Shown in pieces: positions 18,810-27,702 of a DNA stretch of 64,000 nt. A model generated the notes under the pieces. It did not search any database and was not told the origin of the DNA. It saw only the letters and a program-made list of their open reading frames with translations. A program made the translations under genes and the position numbers. Origin of the DNA: Gammaproteobacteria bacterium (lineage in GTDB: Bacteria > Pseudomonadota > Gammaproteobacteria > QZLD01); the NCBI GenBank assembly GCA_033852075.1, contig JAWSVC010000014.1:113-64112 (forward strand). The letters are read 5' to 3'. The first letter of the stretch is position 1. Every line of letters starts with the position of its first letter.

Positions 18810-20011
18810 ATAAAGAGCCTTTCGATATAAGTCATCAAACCCAATGAATAAAACAATATATATGTGATACTTAAATGTAATACCATCAAAGATGGAAGAT
18901 AAAACTTCATCTTTATTTCCAATCTTGAATCAAGCTCCATAATCAGACCGTTAGCAACAATAAAGAACAAAGTAACTACCATAATCAATATCATTAACCA
19001 AGGTTCCATTCCTGTCATATTGTTATGTTTTGCATCGGTTAGATAGAATATTACAACCGGCAATATTATTGCTGCGGGAATAAATAACATCGAATGAAAT
19101 AATCCGGTTTTCAGCCCGGAGGCAAGATTAATTTTTTTTATTGGAATAACCTTGTATATCGCGACTAAAGCACCAACCAAAGCTATGAGTGCAATTATAA
19201 ATCCTTTATAACGATTAGAATTAATATTAGCGCGCATCATATCATTTCCAATAAGCCTGCTGGCAAACCCACCTCCCTGTTGTTTAACCAAATTGTAGTA
19301 ACTTTGCGCCTTTCCGAAATTTTTTAATAAATAGTGGCAATCACCTATATTTTTCAAAACTACTACTTTGTGCGGCGAATTTGGATATTCATCTAATATC
19401 CGGTTATAGATTGGTATGGCTTTTCTTATGCTGGAAAATTCCTCTTCATTTTGTGGAATTCTTTGACGCCCCCGATATTCATTTGCCAACCAGAATAAGG
19501 CATCATCTAAAGCCTTATAGTCTGGATAATCCTTCACAAATCTTTCCAGCCTTTGGATAAATACCGCATTTTCTCCGGGACGATAGCTGTTGAGAATAGT
19601 TTGAAACTCTTTATAAGTTACAAGATTTATATCCTTATACCTTTTCAAGGCATTAATTCTTATTTCTGCCCTACGGGAATGCCTTCCATTATATATTTCT
19701 ATATATTCCTGATAGATCTCTAACGCCTCAGATGGTAAAAAAAGTTTTTCGTCGAGTATTACCGCCTTTTTAAAAAGCGATTCTTCTGCATACAACTGAT
19801 CGCCATATTTCGCATAAATCTCTTCATATGCACTTATTGCAACCTGATAGTTATTATAATTTTCATATGACTGAGCTTTTTTAAAAAGCATACGGGCTTC
19901 ATTTTGCCGGTCATCTGTTGTTGATTGTTGCTGTGCGTATAAAGAAAATGAGTAACAAAAACTTATTATAACTAATAAGGTATAAATAAGGGGTCGATGC
20001 ATTGGTTTCAT
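18806..20011 (-). CDS. Membrane protein with an N-terminal signal, a TPR-like periplasmic region and four C-terminal TM helices (401 aa).
   Basis: Signal MKPMHRPLIYTLLVIISFCYSFSLYAQ. TPR-like helical repeats. Four C-terminal hydrophobic helices. Confidence 0.5.
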   Translation of the reverse strand: MKPMHRPLIYTLLVIISFCYSFSLYAQQQSTTDDRQNEARMLFKKAQSYENYNNYQVAISAYEEIYAKYGDQLYAEESLFKKAVILDEKLFLPSEALEIYQEYIEIYNGRHSRRAEIRINALKRYKDINLVTYKEFQTILNSYRPGENAVFIQRLERFVKDYPDYKALDDALFWLANEYRGRQRIPQNEEEFSSIRKAIPIYNRILDEYPNSPHKVVVLKNIGDCHYLLKNFGKAQSYYNLVKQQGGGFASRLIGNDMMRANINSNRYKGFIIALIALVGALVAIYKVIPIKKINLASGLKTGLFHSMLFIPAAIILPVVIFYLTDAKHNNMTGMEPWLMILIMVVTLFFIVANGLIMELDSRLEIKMKFYLPSLMVLHLSITYILFYSLGLMTYIERLFI

Positions 20012-20043
20012 GTTTTTTACGAACTGGTCTAAGATGCAATGCA

Positions 20044-20066
20044 GGTAGATAAATCAATTATCTACC
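20044..20066. promoter_or_regulatory. Perfect 9-bp inverted repeat GGTAGATAA-atcaa-TTATCTACC. Candidate operator with a Fur-like GATAA...TTATC core, upstream of the minus-strand island operon.
   Basis: Read directly from the sequence. It lies in the 75-bp gap between the phosphoesterase stop and the start of the 401-aa gene. Confidence 0.3.
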
Positions 20067-20086
20067 TACTGCAACAGGAAAAATTA

Positions 20087-21322
20087 CTAAAGAACGATAC
20101 GCTCAAGCAATGAGGATGAACTGTTTCCTTGCCCTTGTACCTTATAGGTTTCCATAACCAAAGATGAATCATTAACATCAACTATTACATAGTTCAATAC
20201 ATCTTCATATTTGTGAATTGTGGCGTTCGAAGAAATATCTTCTATCTGAATAATCGGGCTACCACCACCACCGCTTAATATGTAATGGATACCATTCATT
20301 TCCAGATGCTGATAATCATGATCGTGCCCTTCAAAAACAGCTTTTACACCATATTGTTCAAACAAAGGACGAAGATTATTTACCAGAACCGGATTATCAC
20401 CCCAGGAAGAAGCTGAATGAACAGGTACATGCAGTGAAACAAAGATATGATCTATATCAATGTCTGCTGCGGCATTTTGCAGGTCAGACTGAATAAAGTT
20501 ATATTGCGACGTTCCCGGTAACAGTAAATCATAGCTGTCATTGTTACTGGTGTATTTTCCGGTGTTTATCACCAAGATATGCACGTTGCCATAATTGTAT
20601 GAATAATAAGCAAAGTCACCGCTATTACCAGAACTCATAAGGTAACTGTCAAAATAGGTATTTCCAGTACCATTGCCATCTGAAAATTCATGATTCCCAT
20701 AAGTAGGCACAAGAGGATGATTACGTAAAAGATCCTTTTCAACATCGAAAAAGTTAATTACGTCATCCATATCTGTTCCATCAAGTGCAAAATCACCAAC
20801 ATGCAAAACAAAATCAGGAGATTTAGAGGCCATGCTCTGGCATACAGGAAGATGATCGTCATTATCACCATAAGCAGCTACAATATCCTCATACCATGCG
20901 GCTTCACGGGTATCCCCGTAAACAGCAAAACGGAAAGGAAGACGACTTCCCTTTGGAAGCGCAGTTACAAATGAGCCAACCGGACTGGTTGTTCCATCGG
21001 ACGTAACCGTATAGTAATACCGGGTATTGGTACTTAAACCGGAAAGTGTCATCTTTCTGATCTTACCGGAAGAGATCTGATGAGTAACATAATTACTCAT
21101 ATTTGAATTTAAAGAAACCTTAAGGGTTGCAGAATCAGAATTGTACGTTTCAAATGCTATTCCAACAGAATCCGATGTTAATTGCTGCAATAGCGGATAA
21201 ACACGAAATCCAGTTTCCGGGTCATCCCCCCCTGCAAATGCTGAAGATGAAATAATAAAAAAAAAGGGTAGTAAAGAATATTTTAGAAAACGATTGAGAT
21301 TTGGCATTACCTTCAACTCCAT
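20087..21322 (-). CDS. Secreted calcineurin-like metallophosphoesterase of the purple-acid-phosphatase type (411 aa).
   Basis: Signal peptide. Metallophosphatase motifs GDTRE, HVGDFALDG, GNHEF and GHDHDYQH. Confidence 0.7.
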   Translation of the reverse strand: MELKVMPNLNRFLKYSLLPFFFIISSSAFAGGDDPETGFRVYPLLQQLTSDSVGIAFETYNSDSATLKVSLNSNMSNYVTHQISSGKIRKMTLSGLSTNTRYYYTVTSDGTTSPVGSFVTALPKGSRLPFRFAVYGDTREAAWYEDIVAAYGDNDDHLPVCQSMASKSPDFVLHVGDFALDGTDMDDVINFFDVEKDLLRNHPLVPTYGNHEFSDGNGTGNTYFDSYLMSSGNSGDFAYYSYNYGNVHILVINTGKYTSNNDSYDLLLPGTSQYNFIQSDLQNAAADIDIDHIFVSLHVPVHSASSWGDNPVLVNNLRPLFEQYGVKAVFEGHDHDYQHLEMNGIHYILSGGGGSPIIQIEDISSNATIHKYEDVLNYVIVDVNDSSLVMETYKVQGQGNSSSSLLERIVL

Positions 21323-21540
21323 GATTAATTAACCATAACCAGATATCTACTTAACTTGTTCTCAGAAAAAACAAAATTATGAAATAAATAACATGGCAAA
21401 TAGTAATAATTAATTATGAATCTAATGTTACACAAAAATTAAATAATACAATTAGCTAAAAAACCGCAAGCATCTATTGATACAATCAACAGCCATTGCT
21501 CGCAATACCCTAACCCCAGTAAAAATGTACCGGTCAAGTC

Positions 21541-21728
21541 TAACCGGACATAAATGCTTTACACACCTAAAATACATCAATCCAAATATTAAGGTAATTG
21601 TGTTAACCGGATTCTTACAGCAACAATATCTTGATGAGTTGATTAAAGCCGGAGTATGTGGGTACATCTCAAAACCTTATCGAATTGAAGATCTGAGCAA
21701 AATGATTAATCATGTTATTTCTACTTAG
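21541..21728 (+). pseudogene. Orphan 3'-terminal fragment of a hybrid-HK gene homologous to the 4648-7137 gene (copy 2 of the direct repeat). It has no upstream gene body.
   Basis: Encodes only the last ~60 residues of the receiver domain. The upstream sequence is AT-rich non-coding. Differences from copy 1 are mostly synonymous or conservative. Confidence 0.7.
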
Positions 21729-22671
21729 CCGGATCGATTATTCTTATTTCATTGAGTTTTTTGCTTAGGCGTTTGATAAACTGATAATACTGTTGCTTTT
21801 GTAGTAAGGTATTATCCGATTTGATAGATTGTAATTGTGCAAGAAAACGGGATGCTTCACCTTGGGCGCGTGAGATTTGTTGGTGTTTGTAGGAGCTGGC
21901 TTCCTGTTGGATATTATTAGCGTACTCCCTGGCTTCCGGAATCGCCCGGTTTTTAAAGGCATGAGCTATATTTAGAGCCTTTTTGCGCTCCTGCCTTGCC
22001 TGGATGACATCGTCAAAATAGCGTTGCGTTTGTTTAGGTGGTGCAATTTCGCGTATCTCTACAAAGGCTATTCTTATGCCTGAATCAAACTGGTTTAGCT
22101 TTTGTTGCAGTAGTTGCTTTACCCCATCCTCTATTCTTTTTTTACCTGTGGTTAAAACATCGTCAACATTGGTTTTTGATATTAATTTCAGTACACTTGA
22201 AGCGGTAAAACCTTTTATTAGCAACTCAGTATCGCGGGTTGAAATCAGGTATTTATCCGGGCTGATGACATTGTATTTAATCAGCAGGTTGGCATTTACG
22301 ATATTGTTGTCGCCAGTAATGCAGTATGTTGTTAGGTTGGATGACTTGATGTAATTATGTGCGCGGGAGCCAAATTCCCATCCTGAACTGGCAAAGTCGT
22401 CGACTATGATAGAGCGGACGTTTTTGGAGTCGATTCTGGTAACCTGGTCAGTAGGTGTTGGTAGGGCATAATGTAAGCCGGGTTGTACATTAGGATCAAT
22501 TATTTTACCGAATCGTTGCTGTACGCCGATTTGACTTGGGTCTATGTAGTAAAATCCGGTGGCAAAATAGATAACTATCAATACACAAATTACTAGACCT
22601 GCATAATGCACCAGCTGTTTTTGTAACGATTTAAGATTTGCAGGGTTATCATTTGGGGTATTACGACTCAT
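21721..22671 (-). CDS. SPFH/band-7 protein, HflK-like (316 aa).
   Basis: N-terminal TM, then SPFH core YYIDPSQIGVQQRFGKI...GLHYALP. The C-terminal coiled coil resembles HflK. One-nt overlap (ATGA) with the upstream gene. Confidence 0.7.
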   Translation of the reverse strand: MSRNTPNDNPANLKSLQKQLVHYAGLVICVLIVIYFATGFYYIDPSQIGVQQRFGKIIDPNVQPGLHYALPTPTDQVTRIDSKNVRSIIVDDFASSGWEFGSRAHNYIKSSNLTTYCITGDNNIVNANLLIKYNVISPDKYLISTRDTELLIKGFTASSVLKLISKTNVDDVLTTGKKRIEDGVKQLLQQKLNQFDSGIRIAFVEIREIAPPKQTQRYFDDVIQARQERKKALNIAHAFKNRAIPEAREYANNIQQEASSYKHQQISRAQGEASRFLAQLQSIKSDNTLLQKQQYYQFIKRLSKKLNEIRIIDPAK

Positions 22672-23570
22672 TATTGATTACCATTTTTATTCGATTTTTC
22701 CAGGTCGTTGGTCAGGTATTTCATCAAGTCGGATTCAGTAGATAGCAATAATGTTGATTTTTCATCAAAGATCGATTCATATGCCTCTAATGAGCGGATA
22801 AATTCAAAGTAGTCCTGGTCCTGGCTATATGCCTGAGCGTATATCTTTAGTGCTTCCTTATCAGCCTCTCCCTTGATAATCAGAGATTGCTTTTCCGCAG
22901 TCGCTTTGATTTCCTGTGCCTGTCTTTTGGCTTCAGCTACAATTTTACCGGCGTCTTCTCTCCCTTCTGCGCGTATTTTTTCTGCTTCCATCTCTCGTTC
23001 TGCCTTCATGCGCTCATAAACCGATTTCATAACTACGGCAGGATAGGAGAGACGGATAATGCCAATGTGTTCGATGCTAACGCCGTATTTTGTTACGGCG
23101 CTTTGGTTTGATGTTGCTATTAGTTCTTGTTCAATCATATCTATCTTAACTTGTGACGGATCGCTGTTGATGATTTGATGGATGGAGTAATCGCTGAAAA
23201 CAATTCCAAGTTGGGAATTAATCATGTCGCTGATTTTTTGTCTGCCATTATCGATGTTTTGTAGTGATTGAAAAAATACGACAGGATCTTTGATCTTCCA
23301 GGCGATAAAACAGCTGGTTATTATTGGATTTTTATCCCCCAAAAGAAGCTGGATTGGTTGGGTATCGATCTGTTGCAGACGTTTGTCAAAACGGTTTACC
23401 TTATTTATAAAACCAGGCATCTTAAAGTGCAATCCAGGCTGGTCAATGGTGCGAACCGACTTTCCGAACTGGGTTACAATTCCCCATTCCCGCTCATCTA
23501 TTGAGAATGTTGAAGTTACTGATAAACTTGCTGTTAGCAGAATTAAGATGCTAATCACGAATAGGCGCAC
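22671..23570 (-). CDS. SPFH/band-7 protein, HflC-like (299 aa).
   Basis: The C-terminal region YERMKAEREMEAEKIRAEGRE...DYFEFIRSLEAYESIF aligns closely with E. coli HflC (YNRMRAEREAVARRHRSQGQE...DFYAFIRSLRAYENSF). Confidence 0.75.
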   Translation of the reverse strand: MRLFVISILILLTASLSVTSTFSIDEREWGIVTQFGKSVRTIDQPGLHFKMPGFINKVNRFDKRLQQIDTQPIQLLLGDKNPIITSCFIAWKIKDPVVFFQSLQNIDNGRQKISDMINSQLGIVFSDYSIHQIINSDPSQVKIDMIEQELIATSNQSAVTKYGVSIEHIGIIRLSYPAVVMKSVYERMKAEREMEAEKIRAEGREDAGKIVAEAKRQAQEIKATAEKQSLIIKGEADKEALKIYAQAYSQDQDYFEFIRSLEAYESIFDEKSTLLLSTESDLMKYLTNDLEKSNKNGNQ

Positions 23571-25347
23571 GGCGTTTTACCTCTTTTGGTTCTGGGCTTA
23601 CTTCTGGAAGTTTTTGCTCTTGTTGTTGTTTGTTTATTTGCCGGTACAGGAAACGTTCCTTATATAGCAGGTATGTGGATATACCGGAACTTGGCTCGTA
23701 AATGATCTTTTCGCCTTCGCTGATGGATTTAACCTGAGCAGTGAGCTGCATATGCTTAGTGATTATTTGGGGATATTGCCGGTATGAGTCAAGTTGGAGC
23801 AAATAATTCTGGGATTCTCCCTGGGCAAGCTGAATCTTGCTGTTACTTTCTGATTGCGCCTGTGATATCAGTTGCGATGAGTTTAATTTTGCATCGGGTA
23901 TCATCACATTGTGTTTTACCTTGGCCTGATTAATCATGGTTTCTCTGGTTTGAGTAGCTGCGACAAGTTGTTCAAATGATATTGCTACATTTGCAGGAGG
24001 GTGAAAATCTTTTAGATCCAGCCTTACAATCTCCAGTCCGCTTTTTAATTGATCTAACTGTGATTGAATATTTGTGGTTACCTGGTCTACCCACTTTTTG
24101 CGTTTATACAGTGCAAGATCATAAAACTCATTGCGCGTAAAAGTAGCTATTAGTTCTTGCATGCATATCTGAGATGCAAGCTGTTCGGGATTGGTGGTGT
24201 TTAAGAAAAAGTTTTCTACGTCATTAATCCGGTAATGTAATGAGATATAAGGTTGGAAGAAGTTATTATCGGCAGACATAAATTCAAGTTTGTCTCCGTG
24301 TGATTTTCCCCAGATCAGGGCGATGTTTTTATCGCTGATATTTCCAACCTCTATGGTTTTTACCTGACCACTGTTGATCTTATTTGCTTTATCTATAGGC
24401 CATGGCCACTTGAAATATAACCCCGGAGATAATGTGGTCCCAGGATTAATAATGCGGCCAAACCTGGTAATAACAGCTTGTTGATTAATCTCAATCTGTA
24501 CCAGCGAGGTAGAAAGCCAAAATACCACTGCAGCAGTTGTTGCAAGAGCCAAGCCTGCTTTAAGTATTTTTCTGGAAGTGTTTACGATGGATGCCAAGTC
24601 GTTTCTTTTATCAGGATGTAGATCAAAGATATCGCAAAACCATGTGCCGACTTTATTGCCAAGATGGCGATCGAATAGGGAGAAAAGCATGGTGGTGATT
24701 CGATATTCTGTCAAATAGCCATGTTTATGTTTTGTCATAGAAAGCAGCGTGTTTATGCCTGTCTCTACGGCGAAGAGTAATATCATTAGTCCAATTACAC
24801 CACCGATGTATTTATCAACATTGATTCCGAAGTTGTAGATAATCAGCGAAAAACCGGTAAGTAGTGATATCACCATATCGGTGCGGTTGTGCTGGCTATC
24901 AGCCTTTAGTGCAGCTGAGTTTTCTGTTTCTGCGGTTATTGCCTCGAATCGGTAGATGAAAAATGAACCAAAGGAAAGCAGGATAAAGATCATCCCGGTT
25001 ATAAGAGGGTTATCAACAGTTACCGGTTCGCTGGAGAGGATACGTAAAAATATTGATAGCGCGATGATGAAAAGCCAAATACTTATGAGCATGGCGATTA
25101 TCAGCTCAGGGTCTTTCCAGTTATGACGGGGGTTATGAGATGTGTTGTTAGAGTATTCTGTACTACGTCGGTTGCTTAGCCAGATTGTAAATACAACCAA
25201 TGCGGTAGTGGTGATATCGGAGAAGCTATGCCAAGCCTCGGAGAAAACTGCAAGGCTTCCAGAAAGCCAGTAAGCAAAAAACTTAATGACTGTTAGCAGG
25301 GTAATTATTGCAAGGCTTATTATTCCAGCCCTAAGTTTATTTGGCAT
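23551..25347 (-). CDS. Fusion protein (598 aa). An N-terminal cation-diffusion-facilitator-like 6-TM domain is followed by an extra TM and an HflK-like SPFH domain with a long coiled-coil tail.
   Basis: CDF TM2-type motif YWLSGSLAVFSEAWHSFSDI and TM5-type SQHNRTDMV. SPFH core EINQQAVITRFGRIINPGTTLSPGLYFKWPWP. Overlaps the downstream HflC-like gene by 20 nt. Confidence 0.6.
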   Translation of the reverse strand: MPNKLRAGIISLAIITLLTVIKFFAYWLSGSLAVFSEAWHSFSDITTTALVVFTIWLSNRRSTEYSNNTSHNPRHNWKDPELIIAMLISIWLFIIALSIFLRILSSEPVTVDNPLITGMIFILLSFGSFFIYRFEAITAETENSAALKADSQHNRTDMVISLLTGFSLIIYNFGINVDKYIGGVIGLMILLFAVETGINTLLSMTKHKHGYLTEYRITTMLFSLFDRHLGNKVGTWFCDIFDLHPDKRNDLASIVNTSRKILKAGLALATTAAVVFWLSTSLVQIEINQQAVITRFGRIINPGTTLSPGLYFKWPWPIDKANKINSGQVKTIEVGNISDKNIALIWGKSHGDKLEFMSADNNFFQPYISLHYRINDVENFFLNTTNPEQLASQICMQELIATFTRNEFYDLALYKRKKWVDQVTTNIQSQLDQLKSGLEIVRLDLKDFHPPANVAISFEQLVAATQTRETMINQAKVKHNVMIPDAKLNSSQLISQAQSESNSKIQLAQGESQNYLLQLDSYRQYPQIITKHMQLTAQVKSISEGEKIIYEPSSGISTYLLYKERFLYRQINKQQQEQKLPEVSPEPKEVKRRAPIRD

Positions 25348-25666
25348 ATGTTTGCATCGAAGTAAAAAACAAAAATAGGTATAACCTTTTTTCTTTGTTC
25401 AAGAAAAATTGAAAGTTATGCAACTATCTTATCTAAAGAAATAATTTCAACAGAAAAACATTACAAACAGGTGACAATAACGCAAAGTAATAAAATTATG
25501 ATAAAGCGTTTCATGATTATTTAATAAAGATTTAACCAGATTGTAACGATCTGTTATCAAAATCCTTTGCTTGAAACTTGTAGCTTTAATATTTATTTGG
25601 TTCGTCTTTATTAATTATTGTTGCAGGTTAATCCCCTTTTTGAGGCTTAATTTTTAGGAGAGTAAT

Positions 25667-27376
25667 ATGAGACGTTTAATTTCTGTATGCGCTATTACAG
25701 CCGCTGCTATGATTGCATCGCCTGTAGTGAGCGCTGCTAATAGTGATAGTTTAAGACAGAGCAAGAAGGTTAAGAATGTAATCTTTATGATACCTGATGG
25801 ATGCGATGCCAGTGTTCAGACTTTGGCGCGTTGGATGAAAGGTGAGTCACTACAGCTTGATAGCATGAACAATGGTATGGTTCGTACCGAAATGGCTAAT
25901 TCTGTTATCACCGGTTCTGCTGCTGCTTCAACTGCTTTCGCAACAGGCGAGAAAACAACTGTGCGTTTCCTTGGCGTTGCTCCTCGCACAGAAGATATGC
26001 TTTCAACTTATATCCCTCCAGTAGATAAAGAGCCATATGAGCCTATGGCGAGTATTCTTGAAGGAGCCAAACAAAAAGGTAAGGCTACCGGTTTGGTTGC
26101 AACCAGTCGTATTACTCATGCTACTCCAGCTGGTTTTGCTGTGCATATTCATGATCGAGGTATGGATAATGAGATCATGGAACATATGGTTTATCAGGAT
26201 ATCGATGTGGTATTCGGTGGTGGTAAGCGTCATCTATTGCCAAAAAGCGAAGGCGGAAAGCGTACAGATGGTGAAAACCTAGTAAATGTACTTGTTGATC
26301 GTGGTTATCAATTTGTTGAAACCAAAGATCAGCTTGAAGATCTGGAAGAAGGTAAGGCTTGGGGTATGTTCGCATCCAGTCATATGCAGGCAGATATTGA
26401 TCGTGCTGAATTTGCTCCAGAAGAGCCTTCTATTGCAGAAATGACAGCAAAGGCGATCGATCTTCTTTCTCAGGATAAAGACGGTTTCTTCCTAATGGTT
26501 GAAGGTAGTCAGGTTGATTGGGCTGGTCACGCAAATGATCCAAAATATATGTTTACTGATTTCATCGCTTTTGATGAGGCGGTAAAAGTGGCTGTTGATT
26601 TTGCTAAGATGGATGGAAACACCGTTGTTGTTGCTTTCCCGGATCACAATACAGGTGCTTTGAGTATCGGTAATGTTAATACTGATAAGACATATACTAC
26701 ATTAAGTGTTGAAGACATGATGGGACCATTGCAAGGCATGCGCATTACCGGTACTGGTTTGCAGATGAAGATTGGTAACGATCTTTCTCCTGAGAATATC
26801 ATTGCAAACATTCAAGAGTGGTGGGGAATTTCAGCCACAATGGAGGATGCTGCCGAGATTTTAGCTCATATGAATAAAGGCTGGTCTGTAGGTTATGCTA
26901 TTGGTTATGTAATCAGCAAAAACCACACAGTATTCGGTTGGACTACACATGGACACAACGCTGAAGACGTTCAGGTTTGGACTTATGGTATCAACTATCC
27001 TCTAGGTACTATCGATAATACAGATCTTGCAAAAATGGCTGCAGACATGATGCGTTTTGACCTAAAAGACATAGATGCAGAACTGTTTATTGAAGTAAGT
27101 GAAGCTTTCAGTGCGGATGAGTGGGAGCTGGATGCAATCACAGATCCGGAAAACCCTGTTCTTCACATCAAGGACGCAGTTCTTCCTGTATCAAAAGACT
27201 TAGTTATTCAGGGCGATAAAACCACAGAGATGGAAGGTATAGTTGTATATTCTCCAATGAGCGATAAGGTTTATATCCCTAAAGAGGCTGTTGATATAAT
27301 CAATGGTGAAGATGATGATAATGATGATTGCCAATGGCCATGGCCTTGGCTTTGTAAGATTGCTGCAAATGATTAG
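25667..27376 (+). CDS. phoA: Secreted alkaline phosphatase of the PhoA family (569 aa).
   Basis: Blocks align with E. coli PhoA: MIPDGCDAS (GDGMGDS), VITGSAAASTAFATGEKT (VTDSAASATAWSTGVKT), FFLMVEGSQVDWAGHANDP (FFLQVEGASIDKQDHAANP) and AFPDHNTG (TADHAHAS). Signal peptide present. Confidence 0.8.
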   Translation: MRRLISVCAITAAAMIASPVVSAANSDSLRQSKKVKNVIFMIPDGCDASVQTLARWMKGESLQLDSMNNGMVRTEMANSVITGSAAASTAFATGEKTTVRFLGVAPRTEDMLSTYIPPVDKEPYEPMASILEGAKQKGKATGLVATSRITHATPAGFAVHIHDRGMDNEIMEHMVYQDIDVVFGGGKRHLLPKSEGGKRTDGENLVNVLVDRGYQFVETKDQLEDLEEGKAWGMFASSHMQADIDRAEFAPEEPSIAEMTAKAIDLLSQDKDGFFLMVEGSQVDWAGHANDPKYMFTDFIAFDEAVKVAVDFAKMDGNTVVVAFPDHNTGALSIGNVNTDKTYTTLSVEDMMGPLQGMRITGTGLQMKIGNDLSPENIIANIQEWWGISATMEDAAEILAHMNKGWSVGYAIGYVISKNHTVFGWTTHGHNAEDVQVWTYGINYPLGTIDNTDLAKMAADMMRFDLKDIDAELFIEVSEAFSADEWELDAITDPENPVLHIKDAVLPVSKDLVIQGDKTTEMEGIVVYSPMSDKVYIPKEAVDIINGEDDDNDDCQWPWPWLCKIAAND

Positions 27377-27409
27377 TAGTTGATATCAATAATTAGTAGT
27401 TAATGTTTT

Positions 27410-27440
27410 AAGCCACTCCAAACGGAGTGGCTTATTTAAT
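27410..27440 (+). terminator. Hairpin AAGCCACTCC-aaac-GGAGTGGCTT followed by ATTTAAT. Likely phoA terminator.
   Basis: Ten-bp perfect stem 34 nt after the phoA stop codon. Confidence 0.55.
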
Positions 27441-27636
27441 AAATGAACGGCAGCGTTATATAATTAACCGTATGTTTGAGGATGACTTCAAAGGATTTAT
27501 GAATACCTCAAAATACGCCAAACTAGCAAAATGCTCGAATGATACAGCGTTAAGGGATATTCAGGATCTTAAGGCCAAGTCAATATTTATCCAAAACCCT
27601 GGTGGTGGCAGAAGTACCAGTTATCGTATTAAATAA
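27427..27636 (+). pseudogene. C-terminal remnant (about 65 aa, winged-helix tail) of a Fic/Doc-family gene. There is no N-terminal Fic domain upstream.
   Basis: The peptide ...INERQRYIINRMF...SKYAKLAKCSNDTALRDIQDLKAKSIFIQNPGGGRSTSYRIK matches the typical C-terminal wHTH of Fic proteins (…TATRDLKDLVEKGIL..GKGRSTYY). The ORF has only a GTG start and begins inside the phoA terminator. Confidence 0.5.
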
Positions 27637-27702
27637 CCATTTTTTAATCATAGGGTACGAGCTTATATTTTATTATTAATACGGTAAGGAATATATATAG
27701 AT

